A DNA stretch of 45,831 nt. Source: a bacterium. GTDB lineage: Bacteria > Patescibacteriota > Saccharimonadia > Saccharimonadales > SZUA-47. Below the pieces are notes generated by a model. It saw only the letters and a list, made by a program, of their open reading frames with translations. It ran no database searches and was not told where the DNA came from. Positions 40,501 through 45,831 of this stretch are shown piece after piece; the stretch's first letter is position 1; every line of letters starts with the position of its first letter. The DNA is taken from positions 1-45,831 of the forward strand of contig RFTN01000006.1 of the NCBI GenBank assembly GCA_009923445.1, written 5' to 3'. The position numbers were made by a program, and so were the translations under genes.

Positions 40501-43500
40501 GGTTTTACAACAGGTACGTTACTTGCGTCTACAAGCGTGTCAACCGGAGCTTTCTCGAGCACATCAGCGACGGTAACCAATGCAGTGTTTTCGTCCGGCG
40601 GAACCATTGGTACATTGAATGCCACCGCGATGACGGTTGGAAACATCAACTTTACGGGAACTTTGTCCCAAAACGGTGCGCCATATGTGTCTTCGCAATG
40701 GACGACGGGCAGTGCAGGCAATCTCACATACACTGCAGGAAATGTGGGTATCAATACGACCAATCCACAATTCACGTTGGATGTCAATGGATCGGCGCGT
40801 ATTTCGTCAGGTATTACGGTGAGCAACTTGAACTTTACAGGAAGTTTGTATCAAAATGGTGTTCCATACAGTGCTACGTCACAATGGAGCGACGTGACGG
40901 GTGGCATTGCATACACTGCAGGGAATGTAGGTATTGGAACATCGAGCCCTAGTTACACACTGGATGTGTCTGGAGGCGCCCGTGTGACGGGAAATATAAC
41001 TGCAAGCAACATCGCGTTGCAAAGTTACATCAACAGCTATGGAAACATGGTTTTTAGCACATCAAACAGCACAGCTGTGACGACAAATGTGCGTACAATG
41101 GCAAATCGAATGCGCACGAGCCGAGCCAATGCAACAGCAGCGGTTTCAACATGGACTACACGAGCCAATCCTAGTCCTTTTGATCCATATTTCACATGTG
41201 TCACATGGTCTCCTGAATTGGGGCTTTTTGTTGCATCCGCCGTTAATGGTACTGGACAAGACATTATTTACTCATCAAATGGTGTAAACTGGACTGGTGT
41301 AAATACAAGTGGTGTCAATTTGGACAGAGTTGTTTGGGCAGCTGAGTTGGGTCTTTTTGTTATTGTAGGAAGCATGGGAATAGGAATGACATCTTCCACG
41401 GGTACTACATACACAACTGTTAGCATACCGTCACAAAATTGGGCTGGTATAACATGGAGTCCAGAGTTGTCCCTTCTTGTAGCTGTGGCCAATTCCGGAA
41501 CAGGCAATCGTGTGATGACATCCCCAGACGGTACCACGTGGACGACACAAAGAAGTGCTGCAGACAACTCTTGGTATGGAGTTACATGGAGTCCAGAATT
41601 GGGGATATTTGTGGCTGTGGCGGGTTCAGGTACAGGCAATCGTGTCATGACATCTCCAGATGGTATTAATTGGACTACACAAACAAGCGCAGCAGACAAC
41701 ATATGGAACAGTGTAGTGTGGTCAAGTGAGCTTGCTCTTTTTGTTGCAGTGGGTAGTTCTGGAACAGGTAATCGCGTGATGACCAGTCCAGACGGTATTA
41801 CGTGGACGACACGTACGAGCGCTGCAGATAATAGTTGGTATTGGGTCACTTGGAGTCCTGAACTGTCACTGTTCGTAGCTGTGGCAACTTCAGGCACAGG
41901 CAATGGTGTAATGACCAGTTCGGACGCAATAACATGGACCACACGTGCAAGTGCAGTAGACAATCAATGGAGAAGTGTGTGCTGGAGTCCTGAGCTGTCC
42001 ATCTTTGTTGCTGTTTCATATTCAGGAACGGGCAATCGGGTGATGACCTCTCGAATCGCATTGCCCTCGAGCAAGTCTGTGCCATTGGTGTCTCCTGCAT
42101 ATCTTACAGTCACCGATGGCAATTTGAACTTGGCGGGTAATTTGACCGTTGGCACGCTTGTGCTTACAACGGGACTTACAGTGAGTTCATTGGCTGTGAC
42201 ATCCTCGTTGAGTACGGGTACAATGAATGCAACGAATGCTACTGTAACCAATGCTGTGGTGACAAACGTTTCAGCTGGCAATATTGTTATTGGTACGGGA
42301 GCGACGCTAGGAAACGTCCTTGCCACGACAAGTGTGAGCACGGCCAATTTGGCAGCCAGCACAATTACCTCAGCCAATTTACTTGGAACATCCTTGACGG
42401 CAGGTACACTTGTAAGTACAAATGCCACCCTTGCAAATGTGACTACGACGAATTTAGTGGCGACTGTTATTACAGGAGGTACATTAAACTTGTCAGGAAA
42501 CCTGACGGTGTCAGGCACACTTACCATTACAAATTTGACCACAACCAACTTGGTAGACACAAATTTGTCCGTGGGAACGATGTATGTGAGCTCTGGATTG
42601 ACAGTGGTAGGATCATCCAATACAATAGGCAATATCTTTTTCACTGGAGGTAATATTGGTATCAATACAACAAGCCCTGCGTACACATTGGATGTTTCGG
42701 GAACGGGAGCATTTACAAATGTACTTGCGACAAATGTGAGTGCAAGTAACGCAACAGTGACAAATATGCTGGCAACGAATGTCACATTGTCGAATTTAAG
42801 CTTGTCCAATTTCACAGTTGGTTCGTTTGTTGGAACAAATATCAGCACATCTAGTTTGACATCTACAAATGCAACAACTTCAAATGTACAGGCGACTAGC
42901 GTTACAGCAACCAATTTACTAGTTACTACTGGTTTTACATCTGGGGCACTTGCAGTGACAGGGACATTGACTGCGGGATCCATTGTGTCTACGAGCGGTA
43001 CATTTACAAATGTGACAACGGACAGTCTGTTTGCAAATTCAGTTACAACTGGTAATGTGGTTGCTACAAACGTCACCAGTACAAATTTACAAGCTACGGA
43101 AACAAGCATCGGAAGTGCATTGTTGACAGGAATGACGGCAACCAATCTGACGGTGACCACAGGCTTTACAGCTGGCACAGTGCTTGTAAACAGCATTACG
43201 TCAAGCAATGGACAGTTCACAAATGTTACCATAGCAAATGTTCTTGCAACTAACGTGAGCTCTACGAATATCGTTGTTTCGGGTAATATGACGACAGGAC
43301 TCCTTACAGTCACATCTGCATTGTCTACGGGTTCAATTGTGGGAGCAAACGCCCAATTTACTACTTCGACAGTGACAAATTTGACCCTTACAAATATGAC
43401 GGCAAGTTCCTTAGTAACCAACTCTGCGACACTTACGGGAATTAACAGCACTACGGGTACACTTGGCAATGTACTTTTTACAAACGCTACGGGAACATCA

Positions 43501-45831
43501 CTGGTCACGTCTGATGCGACAATTGGCAATGTGTATCTTCTAAATATCACAGCAGGTGCATTGTACTCCTCCACAGGTACATTCACAAATGTGACTGCGA
43601 CAAACATTGTGTCTACAACAGGTACATTTGGTACACTACTTGCAACCAATGTGACAGGATCAAACGGCTTGTTTACAAATGCAACCTTGAGTAATTTCTT
43701 AATGAACAATGTGACAGTAGGATCTGCATTGGTTTTAGCAACAGGTCTAACGGCAGCAAACGTGAATATTACAGGAGGCTTGTACCAGAATGGTGCACTT
43801 GTTTTCACCGGATGGACTGCGAATACTGCAGGAAATGTGTGGTATACAGGTGGCAATGTGGGTATTCGCACAACTGCACCGCAATTTGCATTGGACGTGT
43901 CGGGTGGCGCACGCATCACGGGTGGTCTCACAGTGGGCAATCTCAATTACACAGGGACGCTGACGGTGAATGGTGTGGCTGTATCGGGATCTCCATTTGC
44001 TACAGTAACAGGAGGCATTGCTTACACAAGTGGTAATGTGGGTATTGGAACGACCAGTCCAAGTGTTACGTTAGATGTGTCTGGAGGTGTGCGTGTGACA
44101 GGAAATATAACTGCAGGCAATCTCGTTGTGCAAAACTACATCAATACTTATGGAAACATGGTCTATAGTACGTCCAATAGCACAGCGGTTACTACAAATA
44201 TGCGAACACTTGCTAATAGAATGCGTACAAGTCGTGCCAATGCGGCTGCTACGGTATCACAGTGGCAAACACGCAGCAACGCCATAGACAACAATTGGAC
44301 GGGGATCGCTTGGAGTCCAGAATTGGGGTTGCTTGTGGCTGTGTCTAATACAGGCACTGGTAATCGTGTGATGACTTCACCTGATGGAATAAATTGGACG
44401 ACTCGTGTCAGCGCGGTAGACAACGATTGGAGTAGCGTAGTATGGGCAGCTGAATTGTCATTGTTTGTTGCAGTGTCCTCGACTGGTACAGGAAATCGTG
44501 TAATGACCAGTCCAGATGGTATTACGTGGACTACTCGTGCAAGTGCTGTGGACAATAATTGGACTAGTGTGACATGGTCTAGTGACTTGTCGCTTTTCGT
44601 GGCAGTATCTTCTACAGGTACAGGAAACGGTGTGATGACCAGTCCGGACGGTATTACGTGGACAACTAGAGCAAGTGCGGCAAACAATTCATGGAACACA
44701 GTGACGTGGAGTCCGGAATTGTCCCTTTTCGTGGCGGTGTCGACGAGCGGCGCTGGTAATAGAGTGATGACCAGTCCCGATGGTTTTGTGTGGACTACAC
44801 GTGCAAGTGCGGTAGACAATTCATGGAACAGTGTAGTGTGGTCAGGTGAACTTGGCATTTTTGTGGCGGTGTCTTCTGGAGGCACTGGCAACAATGTGAT
44901 GACATCGAGTGAAGGTATTACATGGACTACACGTGCAAGTGCAGCAAACAACTCGTGGAACAGTGTAGTGTGGTCTAATGAACTTTCCATGTTCGTGGCT
45001 GTTTCATCTACCGGTACGGGCAATTGTGTGATGACCTCGAGTGACGGTGTCACGTGGACAACCCGTGCAAGCGCTGCGGACAATGGATGGCAAAGCGTAG
45101 CGTGGGTCCCAGAGTTGTCAAGGTTTGTTGCGGTGTCGAGCACGGGTACAGGTACGCGTGTCATGACTTCGCAGATTGCGCTTCCAGCAAGCAAATCGAC
45201 ATTGTTGGTATCACCTGCGTACTTGACGGCAACAGACGGAACATTGAATCTAACGGGCACACTCAATGTCACGACGATGTCGGCTGCAAATTTGAGTGCA
45301 ACGAATGTTACGGTGTCATCGCTGTCTGCTGTAACCATTACCTCAAGCAACATCCTGGCTACTAATGCGACCATTACGAACTTGCTATTTACGAATTTAA
45401 CAACAAGTAACTTGACATTAACAAGTTTAACTGCTGCAAATTTAATTATCACAAACAATATCAACAGTTACGGAAACGTGGTGAATTCTACGACCAACAG
45501 TACGGCGATTTCTACAAATGTTCGTGTGCTCTCTAACCGCATCCGCACAAGTCGGGCTAATGTGGCCTCCGCGGTAAGCACATGGACTACGCGCGCCAGT
45601 GCAGTGGATAACAGTTGGAATTCCGTTGTGTGGAGTCCGGAATTATCCCTTTTTGTAGCAGTGTCCTCTGGCGGAACAGGCAATAATGTGATGACCAGTC
45701 CTGATGGAATTACGTGGACGACACGTGCAAGTGCTGCAAACAACAATTGGGCCGAAATGGCGTGGGCTCCAGAATTGTCCATTTTCGTGGCAGTATCTAC
45801 CAGCGGTGCAGGCAATCGTGTGATGACCAGT
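34522..45831 (+). CDS. Giant (at least 3770 aa, 3'-truncated) Thr/Ser/Asn-rich fibre/adhesin-like protein with beta-propeller modules
   Basis: ATG 34522 (MSGFNENAIVYESQ...) stays in frame to the last codon. The ORF track lists no stop-terminated ORF in this frame. Contains nine G(N/S)(V/I/L)G(I/V)xTxxPx(Y/F)xLDVxG-like motifs, TNVT/TNAT-type repeats and WSPELxLFVAV...GNRVMTSPDGITW repeats. Confidence 0.92.
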   Translation, partial: MSGFNENAIVYESQVVINGTSASSSSTGGLIVSGGLSTRDTFVSGHVSVNQVNITPNLNDIIYEKQAILSNSVTTWTDVSGFLFDNTIATAFKAHVTVNVSTADPKTAMWELNGVYLSSGWTLTSRFTGDLTGVNFALTSAGQVQYTNTNSSGTTTIRYRATTNAPAGTNPLSYTGTVLLNTSGNYIPNNLVYANTVDTLATTDITYTSDKFAVGGNSVVVIDNGSTYTDVSRGGALTVMGDTSIAKTLVVGQSVGVGVTSPSYSLDVSGDIHFTGELYRNGVPFVSSLWGANGNDIYYTRGSLGINTTSPAYTLDVVGTARITDTLTTGSVLAGTVKSTAATLGSVTATQANFTTLSAGSVYVTGDLNVLSSVNTINMTVANMVDTNLTVSNIVVTDTLTGGSFAVSNANVSQLSTGSLTSLNATVGSITSTSVSIGTLSAMTVTSGNIAVGNATLSNFAAANLTSGNVTITNATGTNLVVTGNLSAGNVYSTGITSTNVTITNLTSANVISTNATMTNINVLGNMNVPNLASTNLSSSSLLTTTATIGTAVFVNSTLNNMQATNVTTTSLLTTSLVSGDISSTTATSTNIVFTFASGGNLYVTDVSSGSVSTTNMTSGTFAVSNVTSTNMQFTNATGTNVNVSTATAGSIVANTSVSTGSFSTRDGQFTNATATTMIVSGSITTGSIVATGSATTVSITASTGNYTNVTTTNLVTSTASLGTLVGTALTTGTITATNSTVTNLMSTAITSGSIFVSGNISAASAYITTSLSATNVSTTNVSSTNAIVTNATATNIVATNISTGTIVSTSVSTANVVSTNATLGQMQFTTATGNGLVLSTGLSTGTLLATSVTAANIAVNGATVSNLTVTNVTASNLTSTGITSGTIRVTTLLSSANVIATNVTSTNAVVTTGSIGTLVSTNVTSQNVSTLNFTSGSANILNATMSNATVTNMTSTNVNVSNGITSGVLFATSGTFSTVTTTQLTATNITATNISLSGSIQTTTVTSTNATTVNLQSTNASIGSLTVSTALAATGNSNTLGNIFTTGGNVGVATTSPSFTLDVSGSARFSVGFTTGTLAANTSVSTGSLATGTLTSGNALITSMSVSTLNASTVTTGSLVATNVTTGSMTASNVIASNITSATLNLTTGMTAGSLQVANLTSTGNLQATQATVTNAIVSTFSASTLVITGSMTVGSNLSSNVISAGSISTPSATTTNLIITNATTSQIVATNITSSTLVSTNVSTSNVTTTNATATNLVFTNATGATLTLTTGLTAGTVSAIASISTGALSATTSTISNINFINATGGSIVLSGSITAGSFVATNVTSTNVSATNVTSTNAVITNATATNLNLTTGLTTATLSATNSTLTNVIASNATFTNALFTNATGTNLVLTNLTSSNLTATNISTGSLNATNATVPNVVFTNVSAGALNISSSLTVSSVSTGSLTATNHTSTNVLVSNITTNNLQVTSTLTVPTLLASTRITTSNVSTSSATIGNVVVTNVTAGTLVATTGVTAGVLFSTLGSFSTVTSTLLSATTLTGGNISLSGNLVVAGTLTTVNVTTTNLLDTNVSAGSMRVTSSLSALGNSNTIGSIFTTGGNVGIGTTSPAYRLDVSGTARFATGLTTGTLAANTSVSSANVAANAGTFGSILATNVSASTLNVTNVTTGSILATTGVSTGTLTATNVTATGVTASNVLVTNALTAGNIVATTSTSTGNLAAGNLTVGSIRATTSVTAATLLATTGVTAGALNVTSTFTAPSAIFSNATVTSLFVTNITSAGIFTTSGTLGSVTSTNVTTSTMLSTNATTTNLQFTAATGSNLVMTNVTTGTLSATTSVSAANVAGANTTTTNLVFTNATGTTLTLTTLSAGTLVATTSVSTGALTASQATIGNVQVTGGVTTGSITSTTATVTSLVASTNVSSNNVTATNVTSTNLNVTNVTSTNVYATNVTSSTLLATTSVSTANLLATNATFQNVIATNLTGSNIVATSGFTTGTLLASTSVSTGAFSSTSATVTNAVFSSGGTIGTLNATAMTVGNINFTGTLSQNGAPYVSSQWTTGSAGNLTYTAGNVGINTTNPQFTLDVNGSARISSGITVSNLNFTGSLYQNGVPYSATSQWSDVTGGIAYTAGNVGIGTSSPSYTLDVSGGARVTGNITASNIALQSYINSYGNMVFSTSNSTAVTTNVRTMANRMRTSRANATAAVSTWTTRANPSPFDPYFTCVTWSPELGLFVASAVNGTGQDIIYSSNGVNWTGVNTSGVNLDRVVWAAELGLFVIVGSMGIGMTSSTGTTYTTVSIPSQNWAGITWSPELSLLVAVANSGTGNRVMTSPDGTTWTTQRSAADNSWYGVTWSPELGIFVAVAGSGTGNRVMTSPDGINWTTQTSAADNIWNSVVWSSELALFVAVGSSGTGNRVMTSPDGITWTTRTSAADNSWYWVTWSPELSLFVAVATSGTGNGVMTSSDAITWTTRASAVDNQWRSVCWSPELSIFVAVSYSGTGNRVMTSRIALPSSKSVPLVSPAYLTVTDGNLNLAGNLTVGTLVLTTGLTVSSLAVTSSLSTGTMNATNATVTNAVVTNVSAGNIVIGTGATLGNVLATTSVSTANLAASTITSANLLGTSLTAGTLVSTNATLANVTTTNLVATVITGGTLNLSGNLTVSGTLTITNLTTTNLVDTNLSVGTMYVSSGLTVVGSSNTIGNIFFTGGNIGINTTSPAYTLDVSGTGAFTNVLATNVSASNATVTNMLATNVTLSNLSLSNFTVGSFVGTNISTSSLTSTNATTSNVQATSVTATNLLVTTGFTSGALAVTGTLTAGSIVSTSGTFTNVTTDSLFANSVTTGNVVATNVTSTNLQATETSIGSALLTGMTATNLTVTTGFTAGTVLVNSITSSNGQFTNVTIANVLATNVSSTNIVVSGNMTTGLLTVTSALSTGSIVGANAQFTTSTVTNLTLTNMTASSLVTNSATLTGINSTTGTLGNVLFTNATGTSLVTSDATIGNVYLLNITAGALYSSTGTFTNVTATNIVSTTGTFGTLLATNVTGSNGLFTNATLSNFLMNNVTVGSALVLATGLTAANVNITGGLYQNGALVFTGWTANTAGNVWYTGGNVGIRTTAPQFALDVSGGARITGGLTVGNLNYTGTLTVNGVAVSGSPFATVTGGIAYTSGNVGIGTTSPSVTLDVSGGVRVTGNITAGNLVVQNYINTYGNMVYSTSNSTAVTTNMRTLANRMRTSRANAAATVSQWQTRSNAIDNNWTGIAWSPELGLLVAVSNTGTGNRVMTSPDGINWTTRVSAVDNDWSSVVWAAELSLFVAVSSTGTGNRVMTSPDGITWTTRASAVDNNWTSVTWSSDLSLFVAVSSTGTGNGVMTSPDGITWTTRASAANNSWNTVTWSPELSLFVAVSTSGAGNRVMTSPDGFVWTTRASAVDNSWNSVVWSGELGIFVAVSSGGTGNNVMTSSEGITWTTRASAANNSWNSVVWSNELSMFVAVSSTGTGNCVMTSSDGVTWTTRASAADNGWQSVAWVPELSRFVAVSSTGTGTRVMTSQIALPASKSTLLVSPAYLTATDGTLNLTGTLNVTTMSAANLSATNVTVSSLSAVTITSSNILATNATITNLLFTNLTTSNLTLTSLTAANLIITNNINSYGNVVNSTTNSTAISTNVRVLSNRIRTSRANVASAVSTWTTRASAVDNSWNSVVWSPELSLFVAVSSGGTGNNVMTSPDGITWTTRASAANNNWAEMAWAPELSIFVAVSTSGAGNRVMTS
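41152..42060 (+). repeat. Propeller module 1: seven ~44 aa WSPEL/SPDG repeats
   Basis: Seven copies counted; the first two are divergent. Confidence 0.85.
44263..45180 (+). repeat. Propeller module 2: seven 44 aa (132 bp) WSPEL/SPDG repeats
   Basis: Seven copies counted. Confidence 0.88.
45583..45831 (+). repeat. Propeller module 3 (truncated by window end)
   Basis: Same leader peptide and two repeat copies before the edge. Confidence 0.8.

Noticed and set aside
35607-45815. Many long minus-strand Val-rich ORFs (up to 660 aa)
   Set aside because: These are antisense shadows of the giant plus-strand gene; its codon bias leaves few stops on the opposite strand.

Overview
This window looks like a 45.8 kb segment of a giant virus genome (Nucleocytoviricota, most likely Imitervirales/Mimiviridae-related). 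It is gene-dense with no visible introns. Recognisable genes include an A18-like SF2 helicase, TFIIS, MutS7 (MutS plus HNH), a YqaJ exonuclease, a double jelly-roll major capsid protein paralogue and a D5 primase-helicase, and Mimivirus-type AAAATTGA early promoters precede three genes. Accessory genes include a C-terminal-motor kinesin, a TPR/GT41 SPINDLY-like glycosyltransferase, Hsp20, a CBM5/12-fused Lon-type AAA+ ATPase with no protease domain, a catalytically eroded asparagine synthetase, a K/R/S-rich protamine/H1-like protein and a putative Pol-beta-fold nucleotidyltransferase. A ~1.6 kb non-coding region of inverted and direct repeats (27880-29450) lies upstream of a GIY-YIG/T5orf172 gene. 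That gene shares its C-terminal domain with the neighbouring D5, but the domain is interrupted by an in-frame TAG. The last 11.3 kb is one uninterrupted ORF of at least 3770 aa, missing from the supplied ORF track because it has no stop in the window. It encodes a Thr/Ser/Asn-rich fibre-like protein with repeated 7-bladed propeller modules. All calls come from reading motifs by eye; no database searches were run.
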